Below, in pieces: positions 49,940 to 59,131 of a stretch of 64,000 nt of DNA. Each line of letters starts with the position of its first letter. The first letter of the stretch is position 1. The translations under genes were made by a program, and so were the position numbers. Source of the DNA: Thermoplasmata archaeon (lineage in GTDB: Archaea > Thermoplasmatota > Thermoplasmata > RBG-16-68-12); assembly GCA_035636315.1 (NCBI GenBank), contig DASPZJ010000050.1:34831-98830 (forward strand), read 5' to 3'. Under the pieces are notes generated by a model, which was not told where the DNA came from, searched no databases, and saw nothing but the letters and a program-made list of their open reading frames with translations.

Positions 49940-49957
49940 TACCTCTAAGTAGAGGTA
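49940..49957. promoter_or_regulatory. palindrome copy 2: TACCTCTAAGTAGAGGTA (perfect 8+2+8)
   Basis: Located between the small minus-strand gene (start 49933) and the divergent thiolase gene (start 50058). Confidence 0.5.
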
Positions 49958-50057
49958 TGTCCCAGGAACCCAAAGGCCTTCCGGTGGGGTGGGTGAAACA
50001 ACCCCCACGATCGATCGCGCGGCGCTCCGAATCCCGAAGTCCAAATGCCCCGACGCG

Positions 50058-51311
50058 ATGGAGGGGACCATCCCACGGAGGTCGAGACCCGTGCCCGAAG
50101 CCGTGATCGTCGAGGCCGTGCGGACGCCGATGGGCCGCCACCGCGGCGCGTTGAAGGACGTCCGTCCGGACGATCTGGCAGCGCTCGTGGTCCGTGAGGT
50201 CGTTCGGCGGGCGGGCGTGGATCCCTCGCTCGTCGAGGAGGTCTACCTGGGCTGCGCGAACCAGGCCGGGGAGGACAATCGCAACGTCGCGCGGATGGCC
50301 GCGCTGCTCGCCGGCCTCCCGGTCTCCGTGGCCGGGGTGACGTTCAACCGTCTCTGTTCGTCGGGTCTCGCGGCGGTCAACGCGGCCGCGCGGGCGATCA
50401 GGGCGGGCGAGGGCGATGTCTTCGTGGCGGGCGGCGTCGAGAGCATGACGCGCGCGCCGTACGCGATCCCGAAGAATCCCGACGGCGCGATGGGCAACGT
50501 CACGGCGTGGGACACGACGCTCGGATGGCGGTTCCCGAACCCGCGGCTCAAGGCCGAGTACGGGAACGATTCGATGGGGGAGACCGCGGAGAACCTCCGG
50601 CCTCTCCATCCGCAGATCTCGCGCGAGGATCAGGACCGGTTCGCGCTGGAAAGCCATCGACGGGCGGTCGCGGCGATCGAGAGCGGGAAGTTCGCGGAGG
50701 AGATCGTGGCCGTCCCGGTCCCGCAGAGGACCGGAGAGCCAGTCCTCGTCTCGCGAGACGAACCGCCGCGACGAGACACGTCGCTCGGAGCGCTCTCGAA
50801 GCTTCCCCCCGCCTTCCGGGACGGGGGCACCGTGACGGCGGGCAACTCGAGCGGCATCGCCGACGGCGCCGCCGCCGTGCTCGTGATGAGCGACCGCACG
50901 GCGCGCGACCTCGGGCTGCGCGCGCTCGTCCGTATCGTCGCCTCGGCCGCGGCCGGGGTGGAACCGCGCACGATGGGCCTGGGCCCCGTCCCGGCGACGC
51001 GGAAGGCGCTCGCACGCGCCGGCGTGACGATCGACGCGATCCGGCTGATCGAGTTGAATGAGGCGTTCGCGGTCCAAGCGCTCGCCGTGATGCGGGAACT
51101 GGGGCTCCGCCCGGAGATTACGAACGTGAACGGCGGTGCCATCGCCCTCGGCCATCCGCTGGGCTGCAGCGGCGCCCGGATCCTCTGCACGCTCGTCCAC
51201 GAAATGCGGAGGCGCGCTCCGAACGAGCCGCGGCCGTACTACGGCCTCGCGACCTTGTGCGTCGGCGTGGGACAGGGGGAGTCGACCGTCGTCGAGTGGG
51301 CCGCCGGCTGA
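50058..51311 (+). CDS. acetyl-CoA C-acetyltransferase (thiolase)
   Basis: [34 protein letters not shown]...[11 protein letters not shown] (active Cys)...[21 protein letters not shown] (thiolase signature). Start M at 50058. Track start 49989 adds 23 aa. Confidence 0.85.
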   Translation: MEGTIPRRSRPVPEAVIVEAVRTPMGRHRGALKDVRPDDLAALVVREVVRRAGVDPSLVEEVYLGCANQAGEDNRNVARMAALLAGLPVSVAGVTFNRLCSSGLAAVNAAARAIRAGEGDVFVAGGVESMTRAPYAIPKNPDGAMGNVTAWDTTLGWRFPNPRLKAEYGNDSMGETAENLRPLHPQISREDQDRFALESHRRAVAAIESGKFAEEIVAVPVPQRTGEPVLVSRDEPPRRDTSLGALSKLPPAFRDGGTVTAGNSSGIADGAAAVLVMSDRTARDLGLRALVRIVASAAAGVEPRTMGLGPVPATRKALARAGVTIDAIRLIELNEAFAVQALAVMRELGLRPEITNVNGGAIALGHPLGCSGARILCTLVHEMRRRAPNEPRPYYGLATLCVGVGQGESTVVEWAAG

Positions 51312-51320
51312 CGGCGTCGA

Positions 51321-51782
51321 TCAGGCGGGGCCCGGCGCGTCCTGTTCGAGGAACGCCTTCAACGATTGCACGGATCGCTGCCACACGCCGTCCCACCCGC
51401 CGGGTACCGGCATCGGCGAGCGGTGGGCGACGTGGACCGCGGTCTCCGGGCCTTTCGGGCTGAGCTCGAAGACCACGCTCGTCTCGACGGACCCGCCCTC
51501 GTGGGGGACCGGCCAGGTGTACGAGAGCTTGCCGGGACCGTCGATCGCCGTGATCGTCCCTTCGACCCGGCCTTCGGGGAGCGTCCCCTCGTACCGGCCG
51601 CCCAACTCCGCCTCGATTCGGGCGTCCTCCGCCCACCACATGGCGAGCTGCTCGCCGTTGGTGAGCGCCTCGAACACGCGAGGGATCGGCGCCCGGACCG
51701 TGATCTTCGCGGCGCCCAGGAGGACGCTCCGCGGTGCGGGCGGTGGCTTCGGCGCCGCCGGGGCCTCGGGGGAACCGGACAT
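51321..51782 (-). CDS. SRPBCC/AHSA1-like (activator of Hsp90 ATPase homolog) domain protein
   Basis: MSGSPEAPAAPKPPPAPRSVLLGAAKITVRAPIPRVFEALTNGEQLAMWW...GTITAIDGPGKLSYTW...VVFELSPKGPETAVHVAH. 153 aa. Track ORF 51321..53162 is over-extended. Confidence 0.6.
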   Translation of the reverse strand: MSGSPEAPAAPKPPPAPRSVLLGAAKITVRAPIPRVFEALTNGEQLAMWWAEDARIEAELGGRYEGTLPEGRVEGTITAIDGPGKLSYTWPVPHEGGSVETSVVFELSPKGPETAVHVAHRSPMPVPGGWDGVWQRSVQSLKAFLEQDAPGPA

Positions 51783-51835
51783 GGCCTCGGCTCGGGCAAG
51801 GGGGTCCGGCGCATAATCATTGCTGCCCGATTCGC

Positions 51836-52072
51836 TCAGAGGGGGTTCTTGCATCGCGCGCACACGAGGCGGCAGTCCTTCTTGCATTCGAGGCAGGTCC
51901 CGTGCAGGAACCGCTCTCGCACGGGCGCGTGGTGGCAATCGCTCACGGCGGTGACCATGTGCCCGCAGTAGTCGCAGAGGTGCTGGACCGGCTTCTTGCC
52001 GGCGACGTACCGCTGGTACGCCATCAGGATCGCGAGGACGAGCACGAGCGCCCCGATGATCAGGCCGACCAT
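51836..52072 (-). CDS. small membrane-anchored Cys-rich (zinc-finger-like) protein, 78 aa
   Basis: MVGLIIGALVLVLAILMAYQRY (TM) then CDYCGHMVTAVSDCHH...CLECKKDCRLVCARC. Confidence 0.35.
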   Translation of the reverse strand: MVGLIIGALVLVLAILMAYQRYVAGKKPVQHLCDYCGHMVTAVSDCHHAPVRERFLHGTCLECKKDCRLVCARCKNPL

Positions 52073-52248
52073 CCAGCACTGAAGGCTCCCCTCGACCTGG
52101 AAGGGCAGCGCGCCCCCGGGTACGGGCACGCGACCCCATCCGAACTTCCCATTCAAATACTGATGGGTGAGAATATCCGCCGTTAGAGGATTCCCGAACG
52201 AGAAACGCGGTCCTATATTCCGGCGCGGGCCTACGTTCGGCGGTGCGA

Positions 52249-53615
52249 TCATGATGTGGACCGCTCGCACGGTCGTGTTGCTCGTCGCCCTTGGCATCGG
52301 CTCCGCCGGCGCGGCCTGGGGCCTGCACGCGCTCGTGACCGCGAACGGCGCCGGGACGGACTACGGGCTCGACACGAACGGGAACGGCGCCTTCGAATGG
52401 CTCGTCGTCGAGGCGGGCGTCTCCCTTCCGCAGGCGGGCACATGGACGATCTACGCGGACCTCTCGGCCTCGAGCCCTCCCGCGGGCGGGCCCTGCGGCG
52501 TCGGATACGGCGTGCCGCTTCCCATGCCGCCGATCGTCGCGACGGCCGACGCGGTGTATCCGATCGCCTGGACGAACGAGCGGTACTTCTTCCCCGCCGG
52601 CGAGCAGACGATCCGCATGGCGTTCGCGGGAACGGACATCGCACGCGCCGGCGTGGACGGCCCCTACCGGGTGCATGCCACGCTGTTCCTCGGGGACCCG
52701 ATCATGTACGACCGGGCGGGGCCGCTCCCGCAGCCCGCCGGGGACCCCCTCGAGTGGAACTACACGACGAAGGCGTACGCCGCCTCCGCGTTCGAGGCGC
52801 CCGTCCGGCCCGCGTACTTCACGGGCGGGCACACGGACCAGGCGGTCGACCTGGACCTCGACGGGCTCGCGGACTTCCTCGAGCTGCGTGCGGACGTCCA
52901 CGTGAACGTCGAGGGGAACTACAGCCTGAACGGCGTCCTCATGTCGCCATCCGGGGACGTCGTGAGGATGGTCGCGTACGCCTACCGGACCGTCGCCCTC
53001 AAAGCGTCGGACACGAGCGTGTCCTTGCGGTTCCGCGGGGACCAGATCCGTTCCGCGGGCGTCGACGGACCGTGGAACTTCTCCCTGACCATGTACGGGC
53101 CGGTCGACTACCGACTGTCCCCCGCGGCCCCCGATCCGGTCGGTTCCGTCCTGCGGCCGCAACCCCTCTCCTATCCGGAAACGCTGTGCGGCTCGACGTC
53201 CGCGTACCGAGCGAGCGACTTCGATGACACCGTGGAGCTCCTGTCGTTCACCGGTCGGTTCGAGGAGCTCACCCCGGACCGCGACGCCGACGGGACGTAC
53301 GACGCCCTCGTGATCCGCGCGGAGGTCGAGGTGTTCGTCTCCGCGGCGTTCGACGTGTCGGGCCTCCTTCAGCCCGTCGGATCCTCGCGGGACGTCGCCA
53401 AGGTGTCCGCTCAGGCGTGGGTCCTCGAAGGCGTGCAGTGGGTCGAATTCGCCTTCGCAGGCCCGGACATCCGCGCGGGCGGGCTTGACGGGCCCTACCT
53501 CGCGACGTTATCGCTCATGCCGACCGCCGGTCGCATCGATCCCACGACAACGTACACGACGCAAGCGTACCACGCGACAGACTTTGACGCGGACCCGTCC
53601 GGCACGCAACCCTAA
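52249..53615 (+). CDS. secreted protein with three internal ~120-aa repeats
   Basis: Signal peptide MMWTARTVVLLVALGIGSAGAAWG. Repeats marked by ...Y(T/R)(T/A)...A(S/T)(A/D)F(E/D)... and ...AGVDGPYR/WN.... Ends YHATDFDADPSGTQP. Start at M 52249 rather than track 52167. Confidence 0.6.
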
Positions 53616-53640
53616 ATCGTCGGGCGGCCGTGCCGCTGCC

Positions 53641-54522
53641 GTGGACGAGGACCCCCGACGCACGCTGCGTCGTCTCGGGATCCGGCCCCGGAAAGGGATG
53701 GGCCAGCACTTCCTCGTCGATGGGCGAGTCGCGACCCGCCACGTTGGCCATGCGAATGTCGGCGCGGCGGACGTGGTACTGGAGATCGGCCCGGGACTCG
53801 GCGTGCTCACGCGACGGCTGGTAGAGCGGGCGCGGCGCGTCATCGCGATTGAGACCGACCGTCGCTTCGCCGCCTACCTTCGGGAATCGCTGCCGGAGGT
53901 CGAGATCATCGAGGGCGACGCGCTCAAGGTCGAGTGGCCGCCCTTCGACGTGCTCGCGTCGAACCTGCCCTACAAGATCTCCTCGCCCATCACATTCCGG
54001 CTGCTCGATGAGCGGTTCGACCGGGCGGTCCTGATGTATCAGTGGGAGTTCGCCCGGCGGATGATCGCGAAGCCGGCGACTGCGGACTATTCCCGGTTGA
54101 GCGTCGGCGTGTACCGTCGGGCCGCGGCCGAGATCCTCGAGCGGGTGCCGCGGAACGCCTTCCACCCGCAGCCGCGCGTCGACTCGGCCCTCGTGCGGCT
54201 CATCCCGCGTCCGAGCCCGTTCCCGATCGCGGACCCGGCCCGGTTCGACGCCGTCGTGGACGCGCTGTTCGCGCATCGCCGGAAGACGGTCGAGAACGGC
54301 CTCCGGCTTTCCTGGCGCTCGTTCGCCGAGACGCCGAACGGCCTCGAGTCGATCCTCCCTGCCATCCCGTTCCGGACGCGCCGCGTCGAGGAACTCTCCC
54401 CGGAGGAGATCGCCCGGATCGCCGATGCGATCGCAGTGCGAAAGGTTAATGGGGCATCCGTCAATCGCCGCACTCCGATCGGCCCCGGGGGACCCGATGG
54501 TCCGGAAGAAGACCCTTTCTGA
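53641..54522 (+). CDS. rsmA: 16S rRNA (adenine-N6,N6)-dimethyltransferase KsgA/Dim1
   Basis: LGIRPRKGMGQHFLVD, VLEIGPGLGVLT (SAM motif), NLPYKISSPITFRLL (KsgA NLPY motif). Start GTG 53641 or ATG 53698. Confidence 0.8.
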   Translation: MDEDPRRTLRRLGIRPRKGMGQHFLVDGRVATRHVGHANVGAADVVLEIGPGLGVLTRRLVERARRVIAIETDRRFAAYLRESLPEVEIIEGDALKVEWPPFDVLASNLPYKISSPITFRLLDERFDRAVLMYQWEFARRMIAKPATADYSRLSVGVYRRAAAEILERVPRNAFHPQPRVDSALVRLIPRPSPFPIADPARFDAVVDALFAHRRKTVENGLRLSWRSFAETPNGLESILPAIPFRTRRVEELSPEEIARIADAIAVRKVNGASVNRRTPIGPGGPDGPEEDPF

Positions 54523-55366
54523 GCTGGAACAGGCGGAGATCAAGCTCGAGAGCCTCCTCGAGCGGCGGGCCGCCCTGAACCAGGAGGCCGCGCTCCTCCG
54601 TCAGGAGCGAGACCTCGTGCACGAGAAGAAGCGGGAGCTCGCGCCGAAGCTGCGGGACCTGAAAGACCGGCGGGCCGACCTCGCGGGGAAGGCGCGGGCG
54701 CACCGAGCGGAGCGCGACGAACTCCAGGGGAAGGCGAAGGCGCTCATCGAGCTGAAGCGGAAGATGCGCGGTTCCGCATCCGGGGATGTCGGCGCAGAGC
54801 TTCGGGCGGCGAAGCGGCGGGTCTCGCAGATGGAAATGCGGCAGCAGACCGCGTCCCTGACGCTCAGCGAAGAGAACGAGTTGCTCGTCGAGATCAAACG
54901 CTCCATGAAGCGCCAGGTCGATCTCGAGGCGCTGAAGGCCGATCAAGACAAGATCGCGAAGGAAGTCCGGGACATCGACGCCGGGATCACGGAGCTGTTC
55001 CAGGCCGCGGAGAAGGCGCACGAAGCGGCGGTCGTCCTGAGCGCGGAGGCGCGCGCCGTCCACGACGATTCGCTCGGGCTCGTGCGGGAGGTCTCGGCCC
55101 TGGTGTTCGAGGGTGACGAGAAGCACGAAGCGTACCTCGCGGCGCGGGACAAGGCCGATGAGATCCACGCGAAGGTCGTCGAGATGCGGGACAAGGTGCT
55201 CTCGATCCGGGGCGCGAAGCGCGCGGAGGCACGGGAGTCCCGCGATCTCCTCCGGACGCAGAACCGCCAAGCTCGGGCCCTCTCCGATCCGAAGAAGCTC
55301 GAGGACTCCGCGGACCGGGCGTTGAGGGCCCTCCTGGAGAAAGGCCGCGTGGAGATCGGCCGATGA
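54497..55366 (+). CDS. coiled-coil protein (289 aa)
   Basis: Heptad-rich, Glu/Lys/Arg-rich throughout (LEQAEIKLESLLERRAALNQEAALLRQERDLVHEKKREL...). Start 4 nt overlaps the next gene. Confidence 0.5.
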   Translation: MVRKKTLSELEQAEIKLESLLERRAALNQEAALLRQERDLVHEKKRELAPKLRDLKDRRADLAGKARAHRAERDELQGKAKALIELKRKMRGSASGDVGAELRAAKRRVSQMEMRQQTASLTLSEENELLVEIKRSMKRQVDLEALKADQDKIAKEVRDIDAGITELFQAAEKAHEAAVVLSAEARAVHDDSLGLVREVSALVFEGDEKHEAYLAARDKADEIHAKVVEMRDKVLSIRGAKRAEARESRDLLRTQNRQARALSDPKKLEDSADRALRALLEKGRVEIGR

Positions 55367-56442
55367 AGGCCGTCGTCCTCGCCGGCGGAGAGGGGACTCG
55401 GCTCAAGCCGCTCACCTACAAACGGCCGAAGCCGCTGATGCCCGTCGCCGGCCGGCCGTGCATCGATTACGTCTTGCGGTCCCTCGCGACGTCCGGATTC
55501 CACGAGATCATCGTGACGACGTCTTATCTCTCGGACGCGCTGATCAAGTCGATCGGCGACGGCGCCGACTACAACGCGTCGATCCTGTACAGCTTCGAGG
55601 AGAACCCCGCGGGCACCGCGGGCGCGGTCCGTCGGGTGGGGAACTTCATCGACGAGACGTTCGTCGTCGCGATGGGGGACATCCTCTGCGACGTGGACTT
55701 CAAGGCGCTCTACGACTTCCACAAGCGACGGGGCGGCGTCGGGACGATCGCCCTCACGGAGGTGGACGACCCGACGCAGTACGGGATCGTCGGCCTCGAT
55801 GCGAAGGGCCGGATCGCGAAGTTCCGCGAGAAGCCGAAGCGGGAGGAGGCGTTCTCGAACCTCGCGAACGCGGGCATCTACGTGCTCGAGCCGGAGGTCC
55901 TCGACTTCATCCCGTCGGACCAAAAGTTCGACTTCGCGAAAGACCTGTTCCCGAAGCTCCTCGCGAAAGGCGTCCCGCTCCATGGCTCCAAGCTCGACGG
56001 AGTCTGGATGGACATCGGGCGACCGCACGACCTCTGGAAGGCGAGCATGGAGATCGTGCGACGGGAGGGCAAGCCGCTCCGGCGCGCCGGCATCGCGAGC
56101 GAGGGACCCGTGATCCTCGACGCCGCCGCCCTGATCGAGGACGGCGTCACGATCCGGGGGCCGTGCTACGTCGGGTCCGGGGCCGTCTTGCGGCGCGGCA
56201 GCATCGCGGACAACGCCTGCCTGTACGACGGCGCGCGGGTCGAAGGCAAAGCAATCGTCCGGAACAGCATCGTGCTGGAGGGCAGCGTCGTTGGGGCGAC
56301 TGCAGAAATCGTCGACAGCGTGGTGTCCCGGAACTGTATCATCGAGGAAGGCGCGCGGATCGCCTCGAGCATCATCGGCGACTCGATGACGATTCGTGCA
56401 GGATCCCGGCTGGAGAACGCGACGGTATCCCAGCCGCCGTAA
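55363..56442 (+). CDS. sugar-1-phosphate nucleotidyltransferase (GlmU/RmlA-like N-terminal domain with C-terminal left-handed beta-helix)
   Basis: MKAVVLAGGEGTRLKPLTYKRPKPLMPV (nucleotidyltransferase G-rich loop). C-terminal hexapeptide repeats (...GSGAVLRRGSIADNACLYDGARVEGKAIVRNSIVLEGSVVG...). Confidence 0.8.
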   Translation: MKAVVLAGGEGTRLKPLTYKRPKPLMPVAGRPCIDYVLRSLATSGFHEIIVTTSYLSDALIKSIGDGADYNASILYSFEENPAGTAGAVRRVGNFIDETFVVAMGDILCDVDFKALYDFHKRRGGVGTIALTEVDDPTQYGIVGLDAKGRIAKFREKPKREEAFSNLANAGIYVLEPEVLDFIPSDQKFDFAKDLFPKLLAKGVPLHGSKLDGVWMDIGRPHDLWKASMEIVRREGKPLRRAGIASEGPVILDAAALIEDGVTIRGPCYVGSGAVLRRGSIADNACLYDGARVEGKAIVRNSIVLEGSVVGATAEIVDSVVSRNCIIEEGARIASSIIGDSMTIRAGSRLENATVSQPP

Positions 56443-56475
56443 GATCGTCGCAATGCGGATCGCGTCGCACGACTT

Positions 56476-56793
56476 TCAGCGAAAATCGTCCGGGGAGGCG
56501 AGGACTTCATAGTGCAAGACCTTCGGTTCGAACTCGAGGAGGAACTCCTTGTCCTTCGGAAAATAGACGGCCTTTTCCACGTCACGACCCGCAAACCGTC
56601 GGATTGCCTCGAACGAGTCCCATAGGGAGACGAGCAGGAAATGCGTCCGGTCGCCCTCGTCCCGGCGCAAGACGTACACGCCCCGGTTGCCTTTCGTCTC
56701 GTGGTACTCCTTGACTCCGCTCTCTTCGAGGTATTTCCGGTAGTCGTCGGCCTTCGACTTGTCCGTCACGCCGTGCCAGGTTCGGGCGATCAT
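56476..56793 (-). CDS. small alpha+beta-barrel protein (ABM/Dabb-like), 105 aa
   Basis: MIARTWHGVTDKSKADDYRKYLEESGVKEYHETKGNRGVYVLRRDEGDRTHFLLVSLWDSFEAIRRFAG... Family call from recollection. Track ORF 56476..57126 over-extended. Confidence 0.4.
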   Translation of the reverse strand: MIARTWHGVTDKSKADDYRKYLEESGVKEYHETKGNRGVYVLRRDEGDRTHFLLVSLWDSFEAIRRFAGRDVEKAVYFPKDKEFLLEFEPKVLHYEVLASPDDFR

Positions 56794-56861
56794 CGAAATC
56801 CGCTTCGGTCGGATGACATCCGCCGCCAAGAAGGTGCGCCCGGCACAGGACGGCGCCCGGG

Positions 56862-58172
56862 CTATCGGTGCGCTGCGTCGACCCGAACGCGACCGCTCTT
56901 CACGACCGTCCGCACGGCATTTCCTCCGATCCGATAACCCAAGTGACGATGGGACGGGATCTCCAAGACCAGGAGGTCGGCCCGCTTCCCGGGTTCGAGA
57001 CTTCCGACGTCGACCGCGCGGCCGACCGCGTGTGCTGCATTGATCGTGGAAGCGACGATTGCCTCCGCGGGTAGCAAGCCGTTGTGATGGCACGCGAGCG
57101 CCGCGGCGAGTTGCAAGGACTCGCACCAGCAGTTCGGGTTGAAGTCCGTCCCCAACGCGACCGGCACCCCGGCGGCGACGAGCCGCCGTCCGTCCGCGAA
57201 CGGGAGCCGAGACGCGAGCGACGTCGCCGGGAGCAGAACCCCGATGACGCCCGCGCGGGCCATCGCCTCGATTCCCTCCGTCGATGCGTGCAGGAGGTGG
57301 TCCGCGGAGACCGCCGCGATCTCTGCGGCGAGCGAGGCGCCGCCGGTCTCGGTGAGCTCGTCGGCGTGGATCTTCGGTTGCAGACCCGCGGCCTTCGCCT
57401 TCCCGAGGATTCGTCGAGCCTGATCCGGCGTGAAGTACCCTTGGTCCACGAAGACGTCACAGAAGAGCGCCAGCCCGGTCGCCCGGACGGCGTCCAGCAT
57501 CGGGCCCGATACCAGGTCCGCGTAGGCATCCGGGCGGCCCTCGTATTCCGGGGGGATCGCGTGCGCACCAAGGAACGTTGGCACGACGTCGACGCCCGCG
57601 AGGGACGCGGCGCGGGCGGCGGCCCGTATCATCCGCACCTCGTCGTCGGTCCGCAGTCCATATCCCGTCTTGACTTCGAGCGTCGTCGTTCCTGCGGACA
57701 ACATCGATTGCATTCGTTTGGATCCGCCCCGGACGAGCTCGTCCTCCGACGCATCGCGTGTCGCCCGGACCGTGGAGAGGATCCCTCCCCCGCGCGCCGC
57801 GATCTCTGCGTAGCCTAGTCCTTGCGCCTTCCACTCGACCTCGTGTTCGCGAGATCCCGCGAAGATGGCGTGGGTGTGCGCATCGACGAAGCCCGGCATC
57901 ACGACGCACCCGGCCCCGTCGATCCGGACGTCGGCGCGGGGGTGCCTCGAGAGGACGTCGGAGGCCGTCCCGACATCGACGATTCGGTCCCCCTCGACGT
58001 AGACGGCCCCGTCCTCCACGATCCCGAGATCCGCCGCCGTCTCCCGGACGCGCGGCCCGGGTGGGCCGCGAAGCGTGAGGAGTTCCGCAGCGTGTTCGAC
58101 CAGGAGCGTCCGAGCGACCGCGGCCTTCTCTCCTTTCGTCGGGCGGACCTTGTGCGCCTTCGGGGGCATCAT
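56862..58172 (-). CDS. hutI: imidazolonepropionase (HutI) / amidohydrolase family
   Basis: GFVDAHTHAIFAGSR (metal-binding HxH), KIHADELTETGGASLAA (HAD(E)). Start MMPPKAHK at 58172. Track ORF start 58643 adds 157 junk aa. No hutH/hutU nearby. Confidence 0.7.
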   Translation of the reverse strand: MMPPKAHKVRPTKGEKAAVARTLLVEHAAELLTLRGPPGPRVRETAADLGIVEDGAVYVEGDRIVDVGTASDVLSRHPRADVRIDGAGCVVMPGFVDAHTHAIFAGSREHEVEWKAQGLGYAEIAARGGGILSTVRATRDASEDELVRGGSKRMQSMLSAGTTTLEVKTGYGLRTDDEVRMIRAAARAASLAGVDVVPTFLGAHAIPPEYEGRPDAYADLVSGPMLDAVRATGLALFCDVFVDQGYFTPDQARRILGKAKAAGLQPKIHADELTETGGASLAAEIAAVSADHLLHASTEGIEAMARAGVIGVLLPATSLASRLPFADGRRLVAAGVPVALGTDFNPNCWCESLQLAAALACHHNGLLPAEAIVASTINAAHAVGRAVDVGSLEPGKRADLLVLEIPSHRHLGYRIGGNAVRTVVKSGRVRVDAAHR

Positions 58173-59092
58173 GGCTGCTTCGTCACTCCAACGGAGTCGG
58201 GCCGTACGACGAACGCCTTGCCGCCCGCGGCCCGGATCGTCTCGGCGGTCTCCTCGGGCCGGTCCGTGAGAGCAACGATGCTTCCGCCCCCGCCGGCGCC
58301 GGTGAGCTTCGCGCCATAGCTCGAAGGGCGAGCGGCCGCAACGAGCCGGTCGAGCATCGGATGGCCCACACCGAGGTCCGTCAGAAGGGCGTGGTCGCGG
58401 TCCATCAGCCGTCCCGCTTCGACGAGGTCCCGTCGCCGCAACGCAGCCAGGCCGTCGAGCGTGATCCGGCCGATCTCTCGCACCTTCTCTGCCGCATGAG
58501 GGTCGCGCTCGACGCGGTCCTTGACCTTCGCGACGAGGGGTCCGGTCGCCGCGCTGATGCCCGTGTTGCCGATCACGAACTCGAGATCCGGAAGGCGCGC
58601 GCGGTGGAGGCACCAGCGGCGCGTGTCGCGTTCGATCGTCCACAGGAGGTCCTCCCGCGGCTCACGGAGGACCAGGAGCGCTCCGCCCGCCGTGGCGGTG
58701 CTCGTGTCGAGGGGGCTCGCGCGGCCCTGAACCTCGTGCTCGACCTCGAACGCCTCGCGGGCGATTGTCGGCGCGTCGAGGGCGCCCGCGATACCATGCA
58801 GGGCACCGAGGGTCGCCACGGTAACAGCGGCGGACGATCCAAGGCCCGCGCCGCTCGGCACCATGGACCGGACCTCGATCCACATCGGCTCTCGGGCCTT
58901 CGCCTTCTCGACCGCGCGTTTCACGTACCGGTAGCGGGGCTCGTCGATCGACCCTCCGTCCGCCCGCCACTCCTTGTACGGCCGCACGAAGACCTCCGCG
59001 CGGAGGTTGATCGCGGTACATAGGGCCGGCTCGCCGAAGACAACGGCGTGCTCTCCGAAGAGGATGAGCTTCCCGGGAGCGGAGGCCGCCAC
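58169..59092 (-). CDS. mvk: mevalonate kinase (GHMP kinase family)
   Basis: MAASAPGKLILFGEHAVVFGEPAL, PSGAGLGSSAAVTVATLGAL (GHMP motif 2), KLTGAGGGGSIVAL (motif 3). Confidence 0.75.
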   Translation of the reverse strand: MAASAPGKLILFGEHAVVFGEPALCTAINLRAEVFVRPYKEWRADGGSIDEPRYRYVKRAVEKAKAREPMWIEVRSMVPSGAGLGSSAAVTVATLGALHGIAGALDAPTIAREAFEVEHEVQGRASPLDTSTATAGGALLVLREPREDLLWTIERDTRRWCLHRARLPDLEFVIGNTGISAATGPLVAKVKDRVERDPHAAEKVREIGRITLDGLAALRRRDLVEAGRLMDRDHALLTDLGVGHPMLDRLVAAARPSSYGAKLTGAGGGGSIVALTDRPEETAETIRAAGGKAFVVRPDSVGVTKQP

Positions 59093-59131
59093 GTGCGGCG
59101 ATTCCTCGCTCCGCGTCTTAAGCGTTCCTCC

